Virus record (IMG/VR): IMGVR_UViG_3300045988_177506
DNA: 49,895 nt
Origin: a virus
Strand: one strand, 5' to 3'
The number at the start of each line of letters is the position of its first letter. Position 1 is the first letter of the stretch. The notes beneath the pieces are model-generated. The model was not told the origin of the DNA, made no database searches, and was given only the letters and a program-made list of their open reading frames with translations. This document shows positions 18,821 through 28,149 of this stretch, one piece after another. Both the position numbers and the translations under genes were made by a program.

Positions 18821-19503
18821 TTATCGCTCCTTATGTTTTGACAAAATCTGTCTGTATCTTTCAAAAACACGACGTCCTAATTCTTCTTTGCTTAAATTCT
18901 CTTCCTCGAAAGTCGGCATAGGAGGATATTCGGGCGGTTTCTTATCGCTGAATGATATTGCACTAACAATAGCCATCCTAAAATAATTGCCTTGCAACCA
19001 AATATCCTGTATAGCCGTCTGCCGTTTCCTTTTGTAAACGCGAAAGTAAAACTGCAATGATTTAGGGTCAAGTTCCCAAAACTTATCTTCGGGGAAGTCT
19101 ATAAGCAAAGCGTAAAACAAGAATTCTTCACGCAACCACTCTTCGATTGTCGCATACTCGGACAGTCGTTTGCCGTGGTTGATATTCTGTTCGGCGTCGT
19201 CAAGACCAAGATTTACGCTTTCTTGGTCGTTTGGTTGAAAAAACTTCCTTTTGCAAACATTTCGATAATGGGCGACAGATCTTCAAGCGTGCCGCCGTTG
19301 TCAAAATGTGCCTCCAATTCGTCTGCCGCTTTTTCGGGAGTAGTACCCATAATGTAAGCGGCGAGGTAAGGAAGTATTTCGTAAGGCTGGTCTTCAAACT
19401 GTTCGAGCATTTTCGGGGTCATCCCAAGTCTGCCGAGTTCGCGCATAGCCTTAAATCCAATGTTTTTAGTGCAATATTCTTTTCCGTTGATAGTTACTGT
19501 CAT
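18821..19503 (-). CDS. Tail assembly chaperone -1 frameshift fusion product (gpGT-like)
   Basis: The -1 frame past the TTTTTTC slip site stays open (QPNDQESVNLGLDDAEQNINHGKRLSEYATIEEW...) into ORF 18821..19135. Confidence 0.6.
19213..19503 (-). CDS. Tail assembly chaperone (gpG-like)
   Basis: 96 aa, immediately upstream of TMP. Ends at a slippery site. Confidence 0.65.
   Translation of the reverse strand: MTVTINGKEYCTKNIGFKAMRELGRLGMTPKMLEQFEDQPYEILPYLAAYIMGTTPEKAADELEAHFDNGGTLEDLSPIIEMFAKGSFFNQTTKKA
19237..19243 (-). other. Programmed -1 ribosomal frameshift slippery heptamer T_TTT_TTC
   Basis: rc of gaaaaaa; G-frame codons are agt ttt ttc. The -1 frame joins the downstream ORF. Confidence 0.6.
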
Positions 19504-19525
19504 ATTTTTCTCCTCTTAATGTTTG

Positions 19526-20053
19526 TTAATCCGTAATACGTTTTTTAGTGGTTCCCATATCGAGTTTGCCTGCCGTAGGTTCACTTTCAGGTGCAACGTA
19601 CAAGTCAAAATCAATACCCGAATTTGCTTCGGTGGACGGTAAGCCACGTTCAAGCGGTCTTCCACGGAAGAACAACGCATTATCAAAAGTCGGGGTAGTG
19701 CTACTGGGGTCTTTGACGGCAATAACAAACCACATCGCTTTTGTCGTGGAATTTTTATATGTTGCGACAGCAGTATCCCAAGCCGTGATTATCTCTTTGC
19801 CGTATCTTGCGCCAAAAGATATGTTATCAGGCATTTCACGAAGCAACGTAACTTTTGCCGTGTAAACAGTTTCATCAAACGAGGTCGCGTCAGCAGTACT
19901 CGGCGCAATGTTGAAGTCAGGCGTAGAGTACAAACCAGGCAGAGCTGTGAATGTAGTGGACGTAGTGACATCATCAATGGTGTTGGTGGTTACCGTGGTT
20001 AAAGCCGCATAGCCTACATACAGCCCTATGGAAGTAAGAGGTACATTAGCCAT
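19526..20053 (-). CDS. Major tail protein
   Basis: 175 aa, T/S-rich, between the tail completion proteins and the chaperones. Confidence 0.6.
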   Translation of the reverse strand: MANVPLTSIGLYVGYAALTTVTTNTIDDVTTSTTFTALPGLYSTPDFNIAPSTADATSFDETVYTAKVTLLREMPDNISFGARYGKEIITAWDTAVATYKNSTTKAMWFVIAVKDPSSTTPTFDNALFFRGRPLERGLPSTEANSGIDFDLYVAPESEPTAGKLDMGTTKKRITD

Positions 20054-20084
20054 AATATTTTTCTCCTATAAAAAATTTGTGTCA

Positions 20085-20522
20085 TTATGCCGACACATAA
20101 GGCAGTTTCAATTCTACATTGTATCGCAACGCGACAGTGTATGATTTTGAGCCGTCAAAAAATGTGTACGGCGTTGTCCTCATTACTTTTCGCATCGACA
20201 CAACTTTATCCGAATTTTTTTTGTAGTTGGTTAAAAAGTCTTCACAACAGTCTGCAATGACCATTGTATTCTTTATAGCCGTGTTTTCGCTTGTCTTTGC
20301 CCCGTAAAGAGTAATTTGCAAATCAATAGATGTGCTAACAACATCATTGTAATCCTCTAAATTATCGTTGTCGCCCAATATTTGCACTACATAGTAAGAC
20401 TTCGTTTCTGGAATTACACCATGCTGAAAAGCATAGTAGCCTTTCGGTTTTTCTGTAAGTCTTGGCGTAGCAATAAATTGTGCGTCGATATATTTAATTA
20501 AATCGTCAATGAAATCTGTCAT
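20085..20522 (-). CDS. Tail terminator / tail completion protein
   Basis: Position in the conserved head-tail joining cluster. Confidence 0.45.
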   Translation of the reverse strand: MTDFIDDLIKYIDAQFIATPRLTEKPKGYYAFQHGVIPETKSYYVVQILGDNDNLEDYNDVVSTSIDLQITLYGAKTSENTAIKNTMVIADCCEDFLTNYKKNSDKVVSMRKVMRTTPYTFFDGSKSYTVALRYNVELKLPYVSA

Positions 20523-21025
20523 TATTCACCTCTATTAAGGTCAATTACAAGCTGCTCTTTTATATACTCTTTTATGTTTTCTCCGGCATGATACATAGGC
20601 GCTTTTGCAGCATAACCTTGAAAAAATCTGTATAGTGGTTTTGTGCCTTTGTCTAACCGCAAAATCCAACCACGCTTTCCGCTTTTTGTGGTAATTTTTT
20701 TGTTAGACGGATAATGGTACATCCACGCACCTGTCAGAGGAACTCCTTTTTTCGGTAACTCCCCAGGATACGTTCCTTTGCCCTTTTCGCCAATACCAAA
20801 CTCCATATACGCGACATGTGGCTTTTCACTTATGTCTTGTGCAATGATTTGGACATTCTTTGTGGTTTGTTTTGTATAGACTGAAGCACTACCTTGCCAT
20901 TGTTCCAAGACAAGCTGTTTGCCTTCTTCCGCAATATTATCCAGCATAGCGCGTTTAGTATCTTTTGGATTAGCGTTATTAACTTTTGTTAAAAACCTAT
21001 CAAGGTCGTTATGCACCCAACGCAT
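20522..21025 (-). CDS. HK97 gp10-like head-tail joining protein
   Basis: Size and position; typical phage neck protein. Confidence 0.45.
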   Translation of the reverse strand: MRWVHNDLDRFLTKVNNANPKDTKRAMLDNIAEEGKQLVLEQWQGSASVYTKQTTKNVQIIAQDISEKPHVAYMEFGIGEKGKGTYPGELPKKGVPLTGAWMYHYPSNKKITTKSGKRGWILRLDKGTKPLYRFFQGYAAKAPMYHAGENIKEYIKEQLVIDLNRGE

Positions 21026-21371
21026 AGATGGAAGCCGTCCTTTTGAGAATAAGTCTAATGCGGAAATTGCCGTTATCTACAAAGTCAACACTGTAGTTCG
21101 CGTTCTGCCCGTAGTATTCTTCTTCATCGCTTGGTTTCGCACCGTTAATATAGAAAAGGTCACCTTCGGAAAACACGCCCGCCCACTTAGCGTAAGGTTG
21201 TGCAACACATGATGCGTAGCGTTCAGTATATTCACCGACTTCCGCAGTATTCCAGTCACCAGAACGGTCTACAACGGTAAAATATCCAAGCCTTGTCGTA
21301 ATTTCAACAGGCTCAGAATAAGCATCGTTATCTATCCGTTTGCAATACCATATTTTTTCGCCTATTCTCAT
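21009..21371 (-). CDS. Head closure / head-tail adaptor protein
   Basis: Position in the neck gene cluster. Confidence 0.4.
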   Translation of the reverse strand: MRIGEKIWYCKRIDNDAYSEPVEITTRLGYFTVVDRSGDWNTAEVGEYTERYASCVAQPYAKWAGVFSEGDLFYINGAKPSDEEEYYGQNANYSVDFVDNGNFRIRLILKRTASIYALGA

Positions 21372-21715
21372 TTCGGCACCGCTCCTCGTGGCATAAGCAT
21401 ATCGATTAGACCGTTATCAATGCCACTGCTTGAAAACTCAAACGAAAGATTGTTTTCGCTGTATCTTTTTACGCCTCTCGGTACACCTGCACGGTCGCAA
21501 ATGTCTGCCATACGTGCGGACAACCAATGTAAAACAATAAAATCGTATATAAGTTCGTCGGGTGTCGGACGATTGATATCGCACGGGTATTTTATGAGCA
21601 AATAATCGCCTAATGCAATGTTGAATACTTCATCGGCTTGTGTTTCGCTTAGTCCGTATTGTTTTGCTGTTTGACACTTTATTTGCTGTACTTGTGCTTG
21701 TTCTTTGCTTGTCAT
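21368..21715 (-). CDS. Head-tail connector (gp6-like) protein
   Basis: Position directly after the capsid module. Confidence 0.45.
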   Translation of the reverse strand: MTSKEQAQVQQIKCQTAKQYGLSETQADEVFNIALGDYLLIKYPCDINRPTPDELIYDFIVLHWLSARMADICDRAGVPRGVKRYSENNLSFEFSSSGIDNGLIDMLMPRGAVPK

Positions 21716-21914
21716 TATGTTCGTCCTCCAACCCTAAAAAAGGAAAGGACTTTTGGCTTTCATCTACGCTTTCAATATCAATGTACGGGCGAAAAACGTT
21801 CAGTTCTTCTTCGTTAACACACATTTCTATTCTCTGCCGTGGCTTAAAATACATACCTCGTATTATAAGCGTGCATTTTGCATATCCTTTTAAGTCAAAA
21901 GTCCTTGTAATCAT
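21630..21914 (-). CDS. Hypothetical small protein (start uncertain; overlaps the next gene by 86 nt)
   Basis: Fills the 200-nt gap after the major capsid gene. Confidence 0.3.
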   Translation of the reverse strand: MITRTFDLKGYAKCTLIIRGMYFKPRQRIEMCVNEEELNVFRPYIDIESVDESQKSFPFLGLEDEHNDKQRTSTSTANKVSNSKTIRTKRNTSR

Positions 21915-22922
21915 TTACGCGTTTACCTTGCAGATATAGATCTGCTTTACGTCATGCGGTACGGGAAGTCCCAAGCCGCTTGCTTTGGTGAATATGCCGA
22001 CAGGATCGCCGGAAGCTACATACTGATAAATCGAAACATAGCCCTGCGAATACTGCGCAAGTCCAGCATCTTCTTCGGGCGTGGAAGTCATAAAGGTCTT
22101 ACCAACTTCGCCGCGAGTAGCAAGGAAACAAATTGCATCTTCGCTGAAGAAATTCTTTTCAGTGGTTTCTTTTGCTCCGATTTTGTAAGTGCCGTCATAT
22201 ACAACGAATTCGATGCCGAAATAGTTCTGGATATAACTCTTTGCAAAATCTTCGGTCACATAAACGCCCTGATTGGAAGCGATGGAACCAAGCTTGGTAT
22301 TGTTAAGAATATAGCCCATAACTTTGCTGGTGCAAATAGCGCGGACAATTCTGCCCTTGCCTGCCTGTTTAATCTTTGCGAGATCGCCGAGAATATCATG
22401 GCTTGCAGTAGCCCAATCCTTAACTACGATATGGTTCTCTTCGGGGAGATGATAATCGATAGTAAGGTTGAGGTTGTTTTCCTTTACGGTAACCTGTCCG
22501 CTGGAAAGCAGTTCGCACGCCATAACCTCGAAACGAGTAAGCACACGAGAAATCAGGTTTGCCGCGTCGTTGTATACGGCTTCGATAATCGCACGCTCTT
22601 CTTTCGACATGCCCATATCGCGGATTTTCTTGCGCAGAGCTTCACCCTGGTCAAGTTTTTCCTTGACAAGCAGCATCTCGAAGTTGATTTCCTTGAAATC
22701 GGGTCTGTCGCCAATTTTAGCTTCAGTATCCAAAGCATGGACAAGTGCCATTACCGGTACATCAGCGCCCTTTACGAAGTCTGCAATTGCAAGCTTCATA
22801 TTTTCCGTTTTGAACATCGGGAACAGTTTAAGTCCCAAGAATTCTTTGGTAGCACGGAGATAATCAAAATCTTCGCTTATTTCTACCCAAGTTTTGCCGT
22901 TAAGCATTCCTACGTAATCCAT
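21915..22922 (-). CDS. Major capsid protein (lambda gpE-like family)
   Basis: 335 aa, positioned after the scaffold and decoration-like genes in the lambda-like order Nu3-D-E. Confidence 0.65.
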   Translation of the reverse strand: MDYVGMLNGKTWVEISEDFDYLRATKEFLGLKLFPMFKTENMKLAIADFVKGADVPVMALVHALDTEAKIGDRPDFKEINFEMLLVKEKLDQGEALRKKIRDMGMSKEERAIIEAVYNDAANLISRVLTRFEVMACELLSSGQVTVKENNLNLTIDYHLPEENHIVVKDWATASHDILGDLAKIKQAGKGRIVRAICTSKVMGYILNNTKLGSIASNQGVYVTEDFAKSYIQNYFGIEFVVYDGTYKIGAKETTEKNFFSEDAICFLATRGEVGKTFMTSTPEEDAGLAQYSQGYVSIYQYVASGDPVGIFTKASGLGLPVPHDVKQIYICKVNA

Positions 22923-22934
22923 AGTTCACCTCCA

Positions 22935-23510
22935 TTAAGCCAAAGCCGTAACGGTTACAGAAGCCAAACCGCTCGACTTGTGGTTGATATTGTCGCCTAC
23001 TGCCTGCACATAGTAAGTGCCGGTTGCCGTTGCAGTGTAAGTGACTGCAGTCTGTTCGACAAGGACTTTCTTATCTTTGTCATATACTCTGTAGCCAACA
23101 GCATCGGTAACTGCCGCCCAAGCAACAGCCGCTTTGGTTGCCGAAGGAGCGGGGGTGGTAAGTGCGGGAAGTCCGCCATCGCCGAATGCAGGACGAGTGG
23201 TCGTACCCTCTGTAATGGGGAACAGTCCGGTCTTAGCAAAATTGTTAACCTGTGCAGAAGCAGTAGAGGGCAATTTCGCATCGATGTAATATCCGCCTAC
23301 CATAAGCGAACCTTGTTTTGCACCGTCGGTAATATCGACATCTTTGAAAAGCAGTCCATAATAAGGCGTGGTGAAAATCGTTCCAGCCTTAACAATGGTT
23401 CTGCCATCTTCTACGACGTGAGTTGCCGAAGTCGGTACGGTAATGGTTTTTGTAACAAGACCCACTTCACTACCAAGGAAGTTCGGTCTCTCTCTGTACA
23501 CTTTTTCCAT
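22935..23510 (-). CDS. Head decoration-like protein with a C-terminal Ig/FN3-like domain
   Basis: Lies between the scaffold and the major capsid protein. The C-terminal AVTDAVGYRVY...YYVQAVGDN is FN3-like. Confidence 0.45.
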   Translation of the reverse strand: MEKVYRERPNFLGSEVGLVTKTITVPTSATHVVEDGRTIVKAGTIFTTPYYGLLFKDVDITDGAKQGSLMVGGYYIDAKLPSTASAQVNNFAKTGLFPITEGTTTRPAFGDGGLPALTTPAPSATKAAVAWAAVTDAVGYRVYDKDKKVLVEQTAVTYTATATGTYYVQAVGDNINHKSSGLASVTVTALA

Positions 23511-23541
23511 AGTTGTACTCTCCTATTAAAATTTTTTTGAT

Positions 23542-24126
23542 TTAGAGTTCGACTATATCCGAGTTATCATTTTTCGCCTTTTTGGCTTGGAAGCGCTTGA
23601 AATCGCTCTCGGTGGCAGTCGTGCCTGCTCCCATTCTTTTGGATTGTTCAGCTTGTTTTATGCCGTTTGCCTTAAAAGACTTCTCTTGTTCCAAAAGCCG
23701 CGCTTTTATGATTTCGGCAAATGGCTTAATAAGCTCAATCGGGCAATTGGCGTTAAGCAAAACATCGCTTTCTTCGTTAGTGAAACCGTTCGCAAGACTT
23801 TCGTTTTTCGCTTTATAACGCGCTATCTCCTTGTCGGCAGCTTCCTTGCCTGCTTTAAGCGTTTCAAATTCAGCTTTTAAGCGTTCGATTTCCGGCAATT
23901 CTTCCATTGCTTTTTTCTTGCTCTCAGCCTCTTTGCGCTTATATTCGGCATTTTCGCTGTTGGTCTTGGAGATCGCATTTTTAAGTCTTTCGTTCTCCGC
24001 TTTCATCTGTGCAATCACTTCTGCATAGTTGTCGTTGGGTTGGGCTGCATTACCATATGCCCCCGTTCCCGTAACAGCCGTGGTTGCGGTCATTTCTGTG
24101 TTTTCCATAACACCCTCCTTGTGCAT
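23542..24126 (-). CDS. Scaffolding protein
   Basis: Coiled-coil, K/E-rich, between the portal and capsid genes. Confidence 0.6.
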   Translation of the reverse strand: MHKEGVMENTEMTATTAVTGTGAYGNAAQPNDNYAEVIAQMKAENERLKNAISKTNSENAEYKRKEAESKKKAMEELPEIERLKAEFETLKAGKEAADKEIARYKAKNESLANGFTNEESDVLLNANCPIELIKPFAEIIKARLLEQEKSFKANGIKQAEQSKRMGAGTTATESDFKRFQAKKAKNDNSDIVEL

Positions 24127-24180
24127 TTTTCCGACTTCCTTGTCGTTTGCGATTTTCGACTTCCCTGTCGTATTTTATAA

Positions 24181-25785
24181 TCACTCTTGCGAGATAATTA
24201 CGCCGTCAGCATCAGCGGTTGTCGTTTCAACCACGTTCTCTTTCGCTTTGATTTCTTCGTCCTTTCTATCCCAGTCATCGGCGACTGTATCAATATCGTT
24301 AAATAACTGTGCCGCTTTGAGAATATGTTTTTTAGGCATATTTGAGTTGTACAGTTCGCGTATGCTTTGTGCCTTTACAAGCAGATTATCATTCTTGTTA
24401 ATATTGTACTTGATATCAATTTGGCTCGCATACAATTCATTAACGGGACAGCTTGGCACGGTACGGCATATCATAAGCATCTTTTTCAAGATTGTATAAT
24501 CGCCGCGCAAAAGCGTTCTTATGTCATTGTTAATAAGCGTGTAGGCATTCTCCCAGCCCCCGCCTAAACGACGTGCATCGCCGGTATCCCCGCCGCTCGT
24601 TACTTGTCCGCTTGCAAGAGGTACCCCAGCGATATCGTACATTTTGCTGATACGCTGTTCGTAATATTGGTCAAGCCCGTCAAACGGAATTTCTACTTTA
24701 AGAGTAGTTAAGTCCGGCTGTGCCGATACCCCACCTTGTGCGGCAGGTAATATAATGGCGCCCGCAGCTATCATATCACGGATTTCGTCGGCTTTCAATT
24801 CTACACCCTTAAAAACAAAAATGACATTGGAATTTTGAACAACCATATCCGCAATGTTTGAAAGCAACATGTTGACAAGGTTAAACAAAGACCTATTAAG
24901 CTCAACCATTCCTATGCGCGATGAATTTATAGAATGTTCTGTAATCGGCAAATAATGTAACGTCTTATCCGGCAAATCAAGCTTGTGGACGTCTTCAATA
25001 TTCCGATAATTATTGTCACTTCCGCATTCAAAGTAAGCGTATTGAGTTTCAATCGATATGAGTTTCTTTATATCGACACTATCCGTTCCAACGTCTTGGT
25101 CAATTACCGACACACTGAACAGCGGCTCTTTCTTTTTGCCACTTGAATAAACAACAAAATTATCAACCGGCGACAAAACTTCGTATTCAAAGGGGGCTTC
25201 TGTTTCTATATTATACCCATCTTCGACCCCGGCGTATCTTAATAAAGGTTGCCCGTCAATCCCTACGTTTTTAGTTGGGAGAATTATGTCCGTGCGAGGA
25301 GCAACATAATCGACACCAATGCCAGTCGCGTATATCCATTCTTTCAAATCCTTGTCTTTCGAGAAAAAGTCAACATCCGTGAAGTATCTGCCAAGATAGG
25401 TCAAATCATCACTTTTGACGTCGCTTTTATGCGTATACTCACGAGTATCTCCAGTTAAAAAACCGACCTTGAATTGCACTTGTCTGAACGCGTGATTTTC
25501 AGTTATTTTATTGTTATTATATTCGTCCTTGTTATAAGGGCGCGTCTTGGTGTCAATATCTTGGTCACCTTTCATATAATCCCAAAAATACTGTATTTTT
25601 TTTGCGTTGTCGGAGTGCGTAGCAAAAATACGACCCATATATTTTTTAAGTATATCCAAGCCGTAACCGCTTTCAGGCGCGAAGTCGCTCGCCTCATACG
25701 GTATTTCTATCCGTTTTATTCCCTTGTATGACATTTTCGGTATATCCACGGTAAAATCTCCTTTTTCACCTATATAAAACCACAA
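24181..25785 (-). CDS. Portal protein (SPP1 gp6-like)
   Basis: 534 aa directly downstream of the large terminase. Confidence 0.75.
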   Translation of the reverse strand: MWFYIGEKGDFTVDIPKMSYKGIKRIEIPYEASDFAPESGYGLDILKKYMGRIFATHSDNAKKIQYFWDYMKGDQDIDTKTRPYNKDEYNNNKITENHAFRQVQFKVGFLTGDTREYTHKSDVKSDDLTYLGRYFTDVDFFSKDKDLKEWIYATGIGVDYVAPRTDIILPTKNVGIDGQPLLRYAGVEDGYNIETEAPFEYEVLSPVDNFVVYSSGKKKEPLFSVSVIDQDVGTDSVDIKKLISIETQYAYFECGSDNNYRNIEDVHKLDLPDKTLHYLPITEHSINSSRIGMVELNRSLFNLVNMLLSNIADMVVQNSNVIFVFKGVELKADEIRDMIAAGAIILPAAQGGVSAQPDLTTLKVEIPFDGLDQYYEQRISKMYDIAGVPLASGQVTSGGDTGDARRLGGGWENAYTLINNDIRTLLRGDYTILKKMLMICRTVPSCPVNELYASQIDIKYNINKNDNLLVKAQSIRELYNSNMPKKHILKAAQLFNDIDTVADDWDRKDEEIKAKENVVETTTADADGVIISQE

Positions 25786-25811
25786 AAAATCTGTTTTGTC
25801 AAGTGTTTTCG

Positions 25812-27698
25812 TTAAATTCTTATAATTTTTACCTTTTTACTGTCATTTTTTTGCCCGACAAAATGTTTAATGTACATACATTCTTCGTCAATGCTATCGT
25901 CGTATTCGAGTTTTTGAGTGTAATCATACGATGTTAAGTATGTCATAAACTTACCCATTGCGCTTGACTGAGCAAACATTCCAAAACATGGGTAGACCAT
26001 TACACGCTTAAAATAAGCCTCGTTTGCATATACAATCTCTTTCATTTTATCTTCTTTATTTTGCGTTGTATAAAACTCTTCTATTTCGCAAAAATCTGCG
26101 CCGGCTTTTGCCAATTTCGCTCTAAGCAAATTCCCCAATGATGTATCCGTATTATTTTCAACGGCAAGCCTGACAATGTGATGGTCAAGAACCTTTCTTA
26201 CTATCTTGTCGTAAACGTCTTGCATTATAGTCAGTTCAAATATACAATCCACTAAATAGTGCTTCTCGATAACAACGCCATACTCATTCTCTTCTTTCCT
26301 TACTCTGTGGATCCCCAACGTTACGTAGTTTTTACCGCTTCTTGCCGGGTCAAGGCACGCCAATGAATATCCGGACAGCCCTGCCGGTAATTCTGAATAT
26401 GTTTGCAGTTTATCGTAAGCCAACGGTGTTGTATCAGGATTTTGCGGGTTTTGTTGATACATTGCCTCAAACGTCTTATCATTGATAGCCCGCTTAGCCT
26501 CAAAGTGTTGAAGAGAAAATCTCAACGGGAAAGTTGACCTGTAGCTATCCATATCAATTGCCGGAACCTTTATAAACACGCAATCGCCTTTTTCGTTTTT
26601 ATAGGCGTACTTGAATATGTTCGTCCTAATAATCGTCCCACCACTATAATGCCGTATAAGCGTTGAAACAATGTCGTTAATATTATAAGCGGTGCCGCCA
26701 ACAACAATATAGAAATCATTTTCGTCATAATTACGGGTAGACCACTGGTTCCAATACATTTCAATATCAAACTGGTGTTGCTTAAGGTTAAGCATGTCTT
26801 TTGACCTGCAAATATCATCCAAAAACAGATACCTTGCTCTCACGCCATCGACAGGAGTATCTTTCGACACCACCCTGACATTCACAGGCTTATTACTATC
26901 CGTTAACGTAATATAGCCTTCCTTGTTCCGGCAAACAGAGAACATATCCATCGGATTTGCCCCGTCCTCAAAGTATTTAGCGTATAACGGGAACACTTTC
27001 CCAAAAAACGGTTTTTGCATGACGTCAACTATTGTTTTCGTGTTGTTGGTCACCAAAGACGGGTTTCCGACTACCTTTAAGACATCGTTGTTCGGGTCTA
27101 TTCCCAAAACCCACGCTATCGCCAATGCATCGCTTATAGATTTTCCGTAACCAACCGGGTATTGTTTACTAATAAAACGCACATTCTTTTTTATGACCAT
27201 CTGCGTAAAGTAGTAAGCAAACGGGCTTGTCACGCCTGTGTACTTATTGTCGTTGTATGGGTCAATAGTATTGGCAAACACCTTTCGCGTTTCCGGAAGA
27301 TCCCTTTCCCACAACAAACAGAATGTTTCTAAGTTTCTGAACGCCACTAAGTATTCCAACTCTTCATACACGTTTATGTATTCCGAAATGTACCCTTTCA
27401 GTTGTTCCTTTTCCTCGTCATCAACTCTTCTAAGCGCAGTGGTAAGCGATTTTATTTTGTCCTTGCATATCTTGAAATCATACCGCATTATCTGCCCAAT
27501 AAGCTTTACAATTTCCTCTTCCATCCCGTTAGGCGCAAAATATTCGTGTATCTGCTTTTTGAACAATCCGGCTCTCATCCCCAACAAATCCAACACCGTC
27601 GCGTCGTCATTGTAGCATTTCTGTATAAGCCGAACCTTGTCCAGCAAATCCCCGCTGCGCTCTATCGCCTCTTCATAGCTTTTCCCTTTCATCCTCAC
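25812..27698 (-). CDS. Terminase large subunit
   Basis: 628 aa with Walker A YPVGYGKS near the N-terminus; followed by the portal gene. Confidence 0.8.
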   Translation of the reverse strand: MRMKGKSYEEAIERSGDLLDKVRLIQKCYNDDATVLDLLGMRAGLFKKQIHEYFAPNGMEEEIVKLIGQIMRYDFKICKDKIKSLTTALRRVDDEEKEQLKGYISEYINVYEELEYLVAFRNLETFCLLWERDLPETRKVFANTIDPYNDNKYTGVTSPFAYYFTQMVIKKNVRFISKQYPVGYGKSISDALAIAWVLGIDPNNDVLKVVGNPSLVTNNTKTIVDVMQKPFFGKVFPLYAKYFEDGANPMDMFSVCRNKEGYITLTDSNKPVNVRVVSKDTPVDGVRARYLFLDDICRSKDMLNLKQHQFDIEMYWNQWSTRNYDENDFYIVVGGTAYNINDIVSTLIRHYSGGTIIRTNIFKYAYKNEKGDCVFIKVPAIDMDSYRSTFPLRFSLQHFEAKRAINDKTFEAMYQQNPQNPDTTPLAYDKLQTYSELPAGLSGYSLACLDPARSGKNYVTLGIHRVRKEENEYGVVIEKHYLVDCIFELTIMQDVYDKIVRKVLDHHIVRLAVENNTDTSLGNLLRAKLAKAGADFCEIEEFYTTQNKEDKMKEIVYANEAYFKRVMVYPCFGMFAQSSAMGKFMTYLTSYDYTQKLEYDDSIDEECMYIKHFVGQKNDSKKVKIIRI

Positions 27699-27849
27699 TC
27701 TCCGTCTTTATCCTATACTTTCTACGCAATAACGGCACCGAAAACTCTATAAGCTTTACCACCGGCACCCCCTTTATCGCTTTTATCCTATTCAATTCCC
27801 GCCACGTTTCTTCATTAACCGGGATCGCCTTCATTTTTTTCTTTTCCAT
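27673..27849 (-). CDS. Small RHH-like DNA-binding protein (58 aa) in the small-terminase position
   Basis: MEKKKMKAIPVNEETWRELNRIKAIKGVPVVKLIEFSV.... RBS AGGAGAG. Overlaps the TerL start by 26 nt. Confidence 0.5.
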   Translation of the reverse strand: MEKKKMKAIPVNEETWRELNRIKAIKGVPVVKLIEFSVPLLRRKYRIKTESEDEREKL

Positions 27850-27874
27850 ATCTCTCTCCTCTTTGCTTTTTTAT

Positions 27875-27903
27875 ATTATACTATAACTTTTTACTTTTGT
27901 CAA
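27875..27903 (-). promoter_or_regulatory. Perfect sigma-70 consensus promoter TTGACA-17-TATAAT driving the packaging/morphogenesis operon
   Basis: rc reads TTGACAaaagtaaaaagttatagTATAAT, about 25 nt before the RBS of the RHH-like ORF. Confidence 0.7.
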
Positions 27904-27912
27904 GTGTTAATA

Positions 27913-27944
27913 AGAGAAAAAACCCCGTACGGTTAAGCACGGGG
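27913..27944 (-). terminator. Intrinsic terminator (- strand) immediately upstream of the late promoter
   Basis: rc reads CCCCGTgcttaaccgtACGGGGttttttctc. Confidence 0.6.
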
Positions 27945-28037
27945 AAAACGAAGAAATCTGCACTTTTCCCTTTTCGCCCCCAAGATTTACCCTGAGGGCG
28001 CGGTGAGGGGGAAAATATGCAAAGGGAATTAACCCTA
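27913..28037 (-). ncRNA. Candidate small RNA (about 120 nt) from the consensus promoter at 28045..28073 to the terminator at 27913..27944
   Basis: Perfect promoter and terminator about 125 nt apart. No ATG and no ORF with an RBS. Internal hairpins (CCCUCAGGG, CCCCC...GGGGG). Confidence 0.45.
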
Positions 28038-28044
28038 CACCACT

Positions 28045-28073
28045 ATTATACAAGCTCTTTCCGCTTTTGTCAA
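28045..28073 (-). promoter_or_regulatory. Perfect sigma-70 consensus promoter TTGACA-17-TATAAT (- strand) inside the large intergenic region
   Basis: rc reads TTGACAaaagcggaaagagcttgTATAAT. Confidence 0.65.
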
Positions 28074-28149
28074 CTATTTTTGCAACATTTATTACACCAA
28101 TTTTTGCGATACACCCTCCACAACATTACCAAAATCACATCCTACAAAT

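Noticed and set aside
21954-23540. Long + strand ORF (528 aa) and other + strand ORFs (e.g. 4229..4909, 8186..8908, 17206..17835, 10557..11213)
   Set aside because: They lie antisense to well-supported structural genes (capsid, portal, TMP, tail fibre). Their translations are low-complexity, Ser/Cys/Phe-rich and show no domain features. They are typical shadow ORFs of an operon on the opposite strand.
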